Source: Lachnospiraceae bacterium (GTDB lineage Bacteria > Bacillota > Clostridia > Lachnospirales > Lachnospiraceae). From it: DNA of 64,000 nt. The stretch lies in NCBI GenBank assembly GCA_017552985.1, contig JAFZNO010000060.1:6980-70979 (forward strand), given 5' to 3'. The position numbers and the translations under genes are program-made. Shown in pieces: positions 53,079-62,800 of this stretch (position 1 is the stretch's first letter; every line of letters begins with the position of its first letter). The notes under the pieces are model-generated. The model ran no database searches. It saw nothing but the letters and a program-made list of their open reading frames with translations, and was not told the origin of the DNA.

Positions 53079-54938
53079 ATGGCAGTAGACATGACGGTAA
53101 TTCTTATATCAGCTGCATTCTTTCTGGCGTTGGTGCTCTACGTGGCACTGGAACAGGAGCAGCGGGAACGGATCACGAGCATTGCATTCTTTATCGCTGC
53201 GGCAGGCGGAATCGTGATCTATGGCTTTAGTTATTCACACGGACATAACGGCATGTTTGACCGATTCACGGCCGTGCTCCGGACCATGATCGACGTGGGA
53301 CGCATGTTTGTGGGCATGAATAACGAGGCTGCCTTCCGGGAGGCCCTTGCGAAGATGGGATTCTCTGATTCCGCATGGCTTTTCCTGTTTTGGGGCGTAC
53401 ACTTTTTTGCATATTATTCCATGGCCAGCGCAGCCGTGCTTGCCTTGGGAAAGGGCGCGATCAGAAAGCTCCAGCAGCTTCTTTTGAATGTGCGTGATTT
53501 GGAGATCATCTATGGCATCACGGACAGTTCCCTGACCCTTGGAAGACACGTGGCGTCGGACAAGCATAAATCCGTGATATTTATCGGGCGTGCGGATGCT
53601 TCGCAGGAACTGGCCATCCGCCAGATGGGAGCGCTTCTGTATTCGGATGACGTGGCACTGGAGCCCCAGGAAGCTTTCTTAAAAAGGCTCTCTTTAAGGC
53701 GTCACGACCGTAAGCTGCACGTATACGCGCTTTCTGAAAATGAGGATGCAAACATCAAGTACGCGGTTCATTTACTTGCATTGTTGAAAAAGGCTGAAAT
53801 GGAGCCGCAGAGGACTTCCCTGGTGCTTCTTGGCCAGGAGGAGCGTCACGGCGGCGACCTACAGGCGACGAGAGATCACTATGGATATGGTGAGGTAAAG
53901 GCGTTTGACCACTCGGAGCTGACAGCGCGTCTTCTCGTTCAAAAATATCCGATCAGCAAGGCCGTGGAGTTTGATGACGACGGACTTGCAAAGCAGGACG
54001 TGGAGGTCTTGCTGGTGGGCTTTGGCCCCATGGGACAGGAGGTTCTGAAGAAGCTGATCGCAAACGGACAGTTTGAGGGCAGCACCTTTCATGCCCACGT
54101 GTTTGATCCCAATTGCGGGATCGTAGACGGATTTTATCGCAGAAGATATGCGGCAATGCTGAAAGCTTATGACGTGACGTTCCATTCCGGCAGCGGCAGA
54201 AGCATGCAGTTCTGTGATTTTCTGGAGGAACATGCCCAGAGCCTTACGTATATCGTGGTGGCAATCGGAAACCTGAAAAAGGGCGGCGAGATCGCGTATG
54301 CCATCTTGGATTTCCTCGCAAAATCAAAGAGAAAACTGCCGGTATATCAATGCTGTAATGACACGGTGGTCTGCTATCAGGATCATTTGGAGAGTGAGTA
54401 CGCCAGCCTGCATGACGCAGACATTTTGTTTGGCGGCACCATGGACGATCTCGCCATGAAGATCAACCATTATTATAACGATCCGGAAGGGTCACCCAAG
54501 GAACAGTGGATGGCATGTGATTACTTTAGCCGCATGAGCTGCCGCGCCAGCGCGGATTTCCTGTCTGCTTACTTAAACAGACTGTGCGAGGATCATTCCA
54601 AGGATTTGACGGACGAGAAAGTGGAGAATATGGCAAAGACGGAGCATCTGCGCTGGAATGCGTTCCACTACAGCATGGGCTACGTCAGAATGAGCGACGA
54701 GACTTGGGCGGCAAGGGCGGAACAGTTCCGCAAGGAAGTGGCGGTCGGAGGCGTGGGACACGTCAGGATTTCCAAGGATGCCGCAGAAAAGCAGCACGCC
54801 TGTCTGGTAAGCTGGGACGAGCTGGATGAACTGTCTGCAAAGGAGAATGAAGTTACGGGAAAATCCGTGGATTACAAGCAGATGGACCGCGATAACGTGA
54901 AAGTTGTTTTGAAGCTACTTAAGGAAGACGAGAAATAG
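53079..54938 (+). CDS. membrane protein with a TrkA-N-like NAD-binding fold and a C-terminal RyR-like domain
   Basis: 4 N-terminal TM helices without a filter. LLVGFGPMGQEVLKKL. EHLRWNAFHYSMGY...KQHACLVSWDELDEL. ATG 1 nt after the upstream stop. Confidence 0.7.
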   Translation: MAVDMTVILISAAFFLALVLYVALEQEQRERITSIAFFIAAAGGIVIYGFSYSHGHNGMFDRFTAVLRTMIDVGRMFVGMNNEAAFREALAKMGFSDSAWLFLFWGVHFFAYYSMASAAVLALGKGAIRKLQQLLLNVRDLEIIYGITDSSLTLGRHVASDKHKSVIFIGRADASQELAIRQMGALLYSDDVALEPQEAFLKRLSLRRHDRKLHVYALSENEDANIKYAVHLLALLKKAEMEPQRTSLVLLGQEERHGGDLQATRDHYGYGEVKAFDHSELTARLLVQKYPISKAVEFDDDGLAKQDVEVLLVGFGPMGQEVLKKLIANGQFEGSTFHAHVFDPNCGIVDGFYRRRYAAMLKAYDVTFHSGSGRSMQFCDFLEEHAQSLTYIVVAIGNLKKGGEIAYAILDFLAKSKRKLPVYQCCNDTVVCYQDHLESEYASLHDADILFGGTMDDLAMKINHYYNDPEGSPKEQWMACDYFSRMSCRASADFLSAYLNRLCEDHSKDLTDEKVENMAKTEHLRWNAFHYSMGYVRMSDETWAARAEQFRKEVAVGGVGHVRISKDAAEKQHACLVSWDELDELSAKENEVTGKSVDYKQMDRDNVKVVLKLLKEDEK

Positions 54939-54959
54939 TTATATTTTAGGAGTTGGAAG

Positions 54960-55955
54960 ATGGCATTTCTGTTTGACGTACCGGAATACAAAAAAATCAG
55001 AGTGATCATTGACACGGATGCCGCCTGTGAAGCGGACGATCCCTTTGCGATCGTGCAGGCGCTTCTTAGTCCAAAGCTGATCGTGAAGGGCATTTTGGCA
55101 GAGCATTTTCGGGAAGAGGGCTCCATGGAGAGAAGTTATCAGGAGATCCAGACGATCCTGGATTGCATGGACGTGAAGAACGTGCCGGCATTTCACGGGC
55201 AGACGGGACCTGCTCCCGAGGGCTTTTTCGACAAGCAAGAGGCTTGCAGTGCGAAGAGTTCTGGGGCCGAAACTGCGCTGAAGGATGCGGAGCTCTCTGA
55301 GGGCGTGCGTTTTCTGATCGAAGAGGCCCTGCGCGAGGATGAAAAACCATTGTTCGTATTGTGTCAGGGAGCGATCACGAACGTGGCGGTTGCCATAAAA
55401 ACCTGCCCTGAGATCATAAAGCGAATGACGGTCATTTGGATCGGAACCCACGGCGAGGCTCCTCACGCAGCTCCCTTCCGTGAATTTAACGCGGGGAATG
55501 ACGTGAATGCGGCAAACTTTTTACTATCCTGCGGCGGTGACGTCTGGGTGGTTCCCTCCACGGTTTACGGGACGATCACCATTGGCATTGCGGAGATCCA
55601 AAGAAGAATTTTGCCCTGCGGAAAGATCGGAGAGCATCTCTTCTGGAACCTTGTGAATTATAACAATTCCGAATTTTCGGGATGGACAAAGGGAGAAAGT
55701 TGGTCTCTTGGGGATTCTCCCGCGATCGCGCTGGCCCTCAATCCGGATTGCGGCCACTTTAAGTACGTGCCGGCGCCCGTGGTGGCGGAGGATACGTCTT
55801 CCGTCGCCTGGGATGAACCCTTGGCGGGGAAGCAAAGTGAGGTAACCCAGCCGGGAGAAACCTGTAAGCGCCCTATGGTAAAAATGTATTATGACGTGGA
55901 CTCCAGATACATTCTGGAGGACTTAATCGCAAAGCTGGAATTATTTTGTAAATAA
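54960..55955 (+). CDS. nucleoside hydrolase (IUNH-family-like)
   Basis: N-terminal IIDTDAACEADDPFAI (DxDxxxDD). Confidence 0.7.
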   Translation: MAFLFDVPEYKKIRVIIDTDAACEADDPFAIVQALLSPKLIVKGILAEHFREEGSMERSYQEIQTILDCMDVKNVPAFHGQTGPAPEGFFDKQEACSAKSSGAETALKDAELSEGVRFLIEEALREDEKPLFVLCQGAITNVAVAIKTCPEIIKRMTVIWIGTHGEAPHAAPFREFNAGNDVNAANFLLSCGGDVWVVPSTVYGTITIGIAEIQRRILPCGKIGEHLFWNLVNYNNSEFSGWTKGESWSLGDSPAIALALNPDCGHFKYVPAPVVAEDTSSVAWDEPLAGKQSEVTQPGETCKRPMVKMYYDVDSRYILEDLIAKLELFCK

Positions 55956-56089
55956 ATAGTTCGCTTTATCTTTCCATATTAGACCAAACAAGTCAATCCG
56001 TAAGATAAGGTTTGTCGTTGTGTGGTAAACGTGGTATGCTTAACGTGATGAGCGTAAATATGTAAAAAGATACCTAGGGTTTAGGAAAT

Positions 56090-57121
56090 ATGAAAAGAGA
56101 AAACGTAAATAAAAAGAGACGATTTGTTTGTTTTGCGGCGGGGCTGTTGTGCCTTTCGCTGACGGCCTGCGGCGAGAAGGAGCCGCAGGGCATTTTACAG
56201 GGCGTGCCCATTTCTGCAGAGGAAGACAGCGGTGAAGTGGTAAGGAAATCCGTGGAAGATTCCTTGGCCGAAAAGACGATGGAAGCAAATGACCTGACTT
56301 TGGAACTTGCGGATTCCGCAGAGGAGCTGATCACGGAGAGCGTGGTGGCGACGGGAAGTGCAGTGAGCCTTCTTCAGGCAGATGGAAATACGCTGGAAAC
56401 AAGAGTGATGACGCCTGCGGGATATGAGCGGGTGCCAGTGGAGGAAGGAAGCTTTGAAGAGTATTTGCGCCAGTATCCCATGAAACCGGCGGGATCGAAG
56501 GTGCATCTCTATGACGGAACGGAGAAGGGGAATCAATCAGCTCACGCTGCCGTGTTTGACCTTCCCATCGAAGATTATGACCTGCAGCAGTGCGCGGATT
56601 CCGTGATGAGAATGTATGCCGAGTATTTTTGGGCGACGGAGCAGTATGACAGGATCAAATTCCATTTTACGAATGGATTTTTGGTGGAATATTCCAAGTG
56701 GCGTGACGGAAACCGCATAACCGTCAATGGAAATAACGTATCGTGGATCAAGTCGAAATCCAAGGATACCTCCTATGAGTGCTTTGTCAGGTACCTAAAG
56801 ACGATCTTTTGTTATGCGGGAACGCTTTCCATGGAAAAGGAATCTGAACCGACAGTCACCACGCTGTTAAAGGCGGGGGACGTGTTCCTGAATGGGGGAA
56901 GTCCCGGGCACGTGGTGATGGTGGTGGACGTCTGCGAGAACGAAGACGGCAAGAAGGCATTCTTGCTGGCGCAGGGCTACATGCCCGCACAGGAATTTCA
57001 CCTCTTGAAAAATGACCGTCATCCGGAGGATCCCTGGTATTATCAGGAAGAGATCAAGTATCCTTTCAGCACGCCGGAATACACTTTCCAAGAGGGTAGC
57101 ATGCGGAGCTTGAATTATTGA
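56090..57121 (+). CDS. lipoprotein, DUF4846-like
   Basis: Lipobox LSLTAC. Family assignment is from memory of the DLQQCADSVMR-type motif. Confidence 0.55.
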   Translation: MKRENVNKKRRFVCFAAGLLCLSLTACGEKEPQGILQGVPISAEEDSGEVVRKSVEDSLAEKTMEANDLTLELADSAEELITESVVATGSAVSLLQADGNTLETRVMTPAGYERVPVEEGSFEEYLRQYPMKPAGSKVHLYDGTEKGNQSAHAAVFDLPIEDYDLQQCADSVMRMYAEYFWATEQYDRIKFHFTNGFLVEYSKWRDGNRITVNGNNVSWIKSKSKDTSYECFVRYLKTIFCYAGTLSMEKESEPTVTTLLKAGDVFLNGGSPGHVVMVVDVCENEDGKKAFLLAQGYMPAQEFHLLKNDRHPEDPWYYQEEIKYPFSTPEYTFQEGSMRSLNY

Positions 57122-57205
57122 TCCCAAGAAAGGAATTGTTTGGGCGCGGATTGCGGAAGATGACAAGGAAGAACGCGTGAATTCACGGGAATGGGAGGAA
57201 ATGCC

Positions 57206-58138
57206 ATGAGTAGTTTCGAGAACTTGAGAATTGTGGACAATTTCTATCAGACTTCGTTGTTTTTTCCCATGCCAACGGTGGTGATCAGTACGCTGTGCGA
57301 GGATGGAACCACCAATTTGGGACCTTATTCCTTGGTTCAGCCGTATTACGTGGCAGGCAAGGACTTTTACGCAATGCTGCTAAGCTGCAGGAACTCTTCC
57401 AATACGGCCCAGAATATCCTTAGAAACGGTAAGTGTGCCATCAACTTTATTGATGATAATCCCAAGACCTTTAAGGAGGCGGTAAAGCTTTCCTGGCCAG
57501 GCGACAAGCCTTCAGAGAAAATGCCAAAATGCAACTTTAAGTTGGAAAAGAGCATGATCGAAGAGGAAACGCCGGAGGATCATCGGCCCATGGTCATGAC
57601 GGATGCAATCGAGGTGATAGAGTGTACCTGGGTGCGGGAGCTTGACGGCGCTGACGTTGATCAGCCTGGAGAACTTTCGGGATATGAAGGTCCGTATCAT
57701 GATTTTAACGGGATCACGAGCAAGTTTGGAGCCCATTTTATCTTAAAGATTGACAAGATCCTGATGAAAAAGAAATATCGCGATGCCATCATTAATGGCG
57801 TGAAGGCAGGGGATTTTCCTCCGCTTCCCGTAGATTATGGTTACCGGGACAGTAAGAATTTCTGGTTTCACCGGAAGACCCGCATGCGCGCGGAGCTTTT
57901 ACAGGTGCGAAATGCTTCCCTGGCATCCGTGAGATACGCCGCAGATCGCGCTGATGATAAGGTCAAATTCACGGATGACGCATTACAGACGATCCTGGGC
58001 GTACCTAGGGTATTTCTGCCAGTTGTTCTAAAGGGATGCGTGGAATGGGCGAGGGAAAACGACGTCCAGCTTGTCACGGCAGAACACATGAAGATCATTA
58101 ATGACAAACGCGCGAAGGAAAAGAATAAAAAGAATTAA
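57206..58138 (+). CDS. flavin-reductase-like (split-barrel) domain protein with a C-terminal extension
   Basis: FFPMPTVVISTLCEDGTTNLGPYS resembles the FMN-binding split-barrel start. Weak call. Confidence 0.45.
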   Translation: MSSFENLRIVDNFYQTSLFFPMPTVVISTLCEDGTTNLGPYSLVQPYYVAGKDFYAMLLSCRNSSNTAQNILRNGKCAINFIDDNPKTFKEAVKLSWPGDKPSEKMPKCNFKLEKSMIEEETPEDHRPMVMTDAIEVIECTWVRELDGADVDQPGELSGYEGPYHDFNGITSKFGAHFILKIDKILMKKKYRDAIINGVKAGDFPPLPVDYGYRDSKNFWFHRKTRMRAELLQVRNASLASVRYAADRADDKVKFTDDALQTILGVPRVFLPVVLKGCVEWARENDVQLVTAEHMKIINDKRAKEKNKKN

Positions 58139-59136
58139 TTCTTTCCTTTGGCGAAGGCGCTGCTGATGGTGACGACGCCGCCAAAGAGCACGCCTGCCAC
58201 GGGCCAGATGATCCAAGATCTGTCCCAATCGTCGGTGATAAAACTCCACGCAAGGAAAATTGCAACGATAAGAGTCCAATAGACGGTGCTGACGGCGCCA
58301 GTCACGGGGCTCTTTTTCTTTTGGCTGAGCGTATAATCGCCCTCTTGAAGGAGCTTGTCATAAGCTCCATTCATGGATCCGGAGCGAACCAGAAGGTTCA
58401 CGCCAACGCTCACAAAGAGCAGCAGGGTGGATACCATAAAGAGTACCAAGTATTCCGGCGCTTCCAGGAAGGAAACCGTCAGCAGGGGGATCGGACTGAT
58501 GATGCAAAGAATTACGCCGAGGGCGGTCAAAATAACGTTGGTCTGCTCGTTAGCCTTCTTCCGTTCCCTTACCATGCCAGTTACGCCGTAGAGCGTTTCA
58601 ATGGGACTCTTTTCTAGGTATTCAAAGCGCTTCATCTTTGCGCCGAGGAGGATAAACACAAACACGGCGATCGCAATGAGGATCAGCAGGGAGATCACCC
58701 CGAAGCCTGCCATTAGCCCTTCACTTAAAGGAAAGCCTGGTATCTGCGAAAGAGCTAGGAAAAACAGCAACAGTGCCGGGGCAAAGATGCAAAGACTCAC
58801 CATGCTCGCCATCTTAGGTGCTACTTCTTCCGTCAGTTCGAGAAACTCATTTGCCTCTTCGAGAGAGACGCGAACCACGGCTTCCGAGGAAGCGTCGGCG
58901 GAGGATGCGTCGAAAGAGGAACTGATGCTTTCCGGTTCCATGTCATCCTTCAATAAGTAATCCGTGGTCACGCCGAAGAGTTCTGCCATCTTGATGATTT
59001 TCTGGATGTCGGGGATTGCCTGCGCGCTCTCCCATTTTGAAATGGACTGTCTGGAGACGGAGAGCTGCTCCGCAAGTTCCTCCTGGGACCATCCGTTCTT
59101 TTTTCTTTCATTCATAATTTTATCTGCTAAGATCAT
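58135..59136 (-). CDS. XRE-family HTH fused to a multi-pass membrane domain
   Basis: MILADKIMNERKKNGWSQEELAEQLSVSRQSISKWE, then about 6 TM helices. RBS AGGAAAGGGG. Confidence 0.8.
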   Translation of the reverse strand: MILADKIMNERKKNGWSQEELAEQLSVSRQSISKWESAQAIPDIQKIIKMAELFGVTTDYLLKDDMEPESISSSFDASSADASSEAVVRVSLEEANEFLELTEEVAPKMASMVSLCIFAPALLLFFLALSQIPGFPLSEGLMAGFGVISLLILIAIAVFVFILLGAKMKRFEYLEKSPIETLYGVTGMVRERKKANEQTNVILTALGVILCIISPIPLLTVSFLEAPEYLVLFMVSTLLLFVSVGVNLLVRSGSMNGAYDKLLQEGDYTLSQKKKSPVTGAVSTVYWTLIVAIFLAWSFITDDWDRSWIIWPVAGVLFGGVVTISSAFAKGKN

Positions 59137-59370
59137 AATTTTTCCCCTTTCCTTTCTTCCGATCGTGCCTTGGGAAGGCCGTCGGTCTGTTCCTGCGGTT
59201 GGATGAATTTTGTTTCGCTTAAGCAAGTTCATCGTACCATGAAGGTGGGTTGCAAGCCATAAACCGGACTTTTCAATTTGTCAACTGGCGGTTGCAATTC
59301 CCGTAAAATAAGGGTTTTCCATAAGTTTATCACATTTTGGGACTGAAAAAAAGAAAAGTTTAAAAGAGAC

Positions 59371-59423
59371 TTGACGTTTGAGGTCGACAAATGTAGAATA
59401 AAGACAGGTCGACATGTGTCGAC
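59371..59423 (+). promoter_or_regulatory. promoter with BlaI/MecI-type operator palindromes
   Basis: TTGACG, 17 nt, TAGAAT (59394-59399). GTCGACA at 59383, overlapping the palindrome ACAAATGT. Perfect palindrome GTCGACATGTGTCGAC at 59408-59423. Confidence 0.65.
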
Positions 59424-59462
59424 TAAATGACGTGGACGAAATTTCCGAGGAGAAGGATGATC

Positions 59463-59822
59463 ATGACGGACGTAAAATTAAGCGAGAGTGAATACCGATT
59501 GATGGACGTGATCTGGGAGAAGGAACCAATCTCAGCGATGGAGCTTTCCGGGATCTGTCTGGAAAAATATGACTGGAAAAAATCAACCGTTTACACCATG
59601 TTAAAGCGCATGGGGGAAAAAGGGCTGCTTTTATTTGAGAACAAAAAGGTGGAGGCGCTGGTGGAAAGGGATCAGGTAAATAAGTCCGAGGGTGAGTCCC
59701 TCCTTCACAAGGCGTACGGCGGGTCCCTTCCGGATTTCTTTGCGGCTTTTTTACAGGACAGGAAGCTGACAAAGGATGAGGCAGAGCGGTTACAAAAGTT
59801 GATCGAGGAGGCGAAGGAATGA
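59463..59822 (+). CDS. BlaI/MecI/CopY family transcriptional repressor
   Basis: LSESEYRLMDVIWEKEPISAMEL...KKSTVYTMLKRMGEKGLL. Confidence 0.85.
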   Translation: MTDVKLSESEYRLMDVIWEKEPISAMELSGICLEKYDWKKSTVYTMLKRMGEKGLLLFENKKVEALVERDQVNKSEGESLLHKAYGGSLPDFFAAFLQDRKLTKDEAERLQKLIEEAKE

Positions 59823-62800
59823 CGCAGTTTTTTCAAAACTATTTTGTCATGGCGTTGGAAGCGTCGATCGTCATTTTGTTCGTGCTTCTGTTAAGGCCAA
59901 TATTTAAGAAGTTTTCAAACAGGCTCGCCAGTCTTTTGTGGGTTGTGGTGCTGTTCCGGCTCTTGTGCCCGTATGCAGTTGAAGTGCCTGCGCCTGCGTT
60001 CTTGGGACAATTTATGGCGCAGAACCTGCTGACTTCTGCGGAAGACGTGGAATCCGTAACGGGCGATGTCTTGCTCAATGGCGCGGAGGATGTCAGTCAA
60101 GGCGCTCAGATGGCTAAGGTTCAAGGCGATGCGTTGCAGGGAGTGGACCCGCTGAAAGCCGACGGACAGGGTTTGCCGGGTGCTGTTGGACAGGGCTCTC
60201 AGGATGCGTCGAAGTCAGGAAATCAGATCTCAGAGTTCCTGCAAAAAGCGGGTGCTTTGGGCGGTGAGACCTTAGAGGATCCGGATGGTAGCGATGACCC
60301 GCTTGCAACGAACCTGGAAGGGAAAGGAGAGCTCTCCTTGAACGCTTCAGACGGCGAAGTGGATCAGGAGCTGGGGATTGAGGACGCGCAGGGCGTGACG
60401 GAAGTGGCTTCGCAGACGGTAGATAATGCGGAGGATCATGCAAAACAAGGCACGGAGAACCCCTCAGCACAGGCGTGGGTAAAGCAAGACGGTGCGAATG
60501 CAGAGATGGAAACCGGTAAGACCGGCACGCAGCATGGCAATGTTTTCGCTAGTTGGTGGACGGCAGTGCGCGAGTGGTTTCAGAGCGTGCAGGGAAAGAG
60601 CTTTGTCACCGTGCTTGGCGTGATCTGGTGCTTTGGAACAATCCTGCTGTTCGCTTTTGGAATCACGCGCTATGCAAAACTGACAAAGCAGCTTGGGGAG
60701 GCGATCCCTGCCGGCGAGTGGAAGAAATATCCCGTAAAGATCAGCGACGTATCGGGCGTTCCCATGTCCTTTGGCGTACTTCGTCCTGGGATCTACGTGC
60801 CGGTGAAGTTTGAGGAAAAAGCGGAAGGAAATGCGGAAATGATCCTTTGCCATGAGGGCGTGCATCTAAAGCGCCGTGATCCGCTGTGGAAGATCATTTC
60901 CCTGATGGCGCTGTGCCTGCACTGGTGGAACCCGCTGGTATGGATCAGCATTTACCTGTTCAATAAAGACATGGAGATGGCCTGTGACGAGGGCGTTTTG
61001 TCGCAGATCGGCCAAGAGAAGAAATCGGATTACGCGAAGGCGATCCTGCACTTTGCGGCCAACAAAAGCGGCGTATCACTGGCGGCAACCTTCGGTGAGA
61101 GCAACGCGGAGAGCCGGATCCGGGAAGCCTTGAAATTCAAAAAACGGCCCCTTGGAATGACCATTGTCATGGCATGTCTTGTTGTGCTTTTGGCGGGATG
61201 TCTTGCGACAAAGCCTGGCGTTGACAAGGAAGAATCATCAGGTAAGGAAGAGACCACGGAAGATACTGCCAAGGGTCAGGCAAACCCGGAGCCGACGGAA
61301 ACGTTGCCGGAATTAACTAATGACATGATCACGGAGATCACCAATCTGGACCAGGCAATCCAGGCAGATTTGCATTTCCGCGACGTTGTGAAGAACCGGA
61401 CTGCACCGGCGAACGTTCCCTATTTTGGGTTTGATGAGGGCAGGTATGAGATATTTTACCTGGACCAACTGGCGGAAGACTTGAGGAAGTGGCAACCTGA
61501 GAAATATTTGGCACTCCAGAAAGGGGATCCCGTGACTGCCTTGGAGACGTTTCTTCCCTTAAAGGGCGGCAGCGGTAAGGCTTGGCAGGAATCTTTTAGC
61601 AGCGTGATCGTGGCTTATACGTTTGCGAACGGTGAGACGGCGCATTACTACATGGCACAAAAAGGCGGGATTTGGTATCCCTACATTCTCGTTGAAAAAA
61701 CGCTCGCTGACCCGTTGCTAGAGGAGTCTTCCAGAAAACTCTTACTCACTAGAATGGATCAGATCGCAAGGCAGAAGCAGGAGCTTGCCGCGACAACGGC
61801 AGAGCAGCTTCGCGGCGTGACGCTTCAGATAGAGGAAGTGATCCGGGCCGGAAATTATGGGGAACCGATAAGTGAAGACTGTCAAGAAATCTATATTTGC
61901 TGGAATCCGGAGAAATATGGGGAATATGGCGTCATAGAGGAGCTTCCAAAGGAGGACGCATGCCTTTACGGATTCTATGACGGAAATGCCATGATGCTTC
62001 GCGTGGGCGATCAGGCATATCCCATTCATGGCTATTGGATGAACGTTCACAGTGAACTGCCCAAGATCTATTGCGGAGACTACGATCAGGACGGACAGAA
62101 GGAGTTTGCGCTGATCACCCTGGGAAAAACTGGTACGGGAGTCTATGGGAACCAGCTTCGCATTCTGGAGATCACGGAAAATGGGCTGGAGACATACGAG
62201 CCCAAGAGCCAGAGAATGTTTGGGCAGTTGGAGGAGATGGTCAGATATCAATATGATGAAAAGAATCTCATGCTGAGCGTAATGACAACGGACGGCAAAG
62301 AGGCATACGCTTCCCTGGAGGGGATTACGGCATTGGCATCGGGAGAAGATCAGTTACTATGGTATGGTTATGGGGAGTCAGAAGTCTTTTCCGTGGTGGA
62401 TGATTATCTTTTCTATGACGTGGCCGGAGAAGTCATGCTGGCAAACAGGGAAGCGCCGGAATATGGCGGGATTGACCTGGAATGTCGCCTGGACTATCGC
62501 CCGAACGGAAGCTTTATCGTCAGTGACGTTGAATTAAAAGAGGCATGGACGGAGCCCGTCCAGAAGGTCGACTTATCGGAAGCTTTTGCGGGGGAGAGCA
62601 TTATCTCGCGTGAAAAAGCGGATCTGAATCAAGACGGCGTGCCGGATTGGGTTGTCACCAGCGTAACCTATCAGGAGGAGAACCGGAACGTAAGCTGGAA
62701 GGACCGGTTAACGCAGGGAGAGATTTGTTTCATCAGAGTATATGACGGCGCAACACAGGAGCAGTCATGGAAGAACAAAGACGTGGCGCAAGATGCATTT

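Noticed and set aside
58135-58138. Convergent genes share overlapping stop codons (TTAA), with no terminator between them.
   Set aside because: It is a real sequence feature but a common compaction. Nothing suggests a regulatory role.
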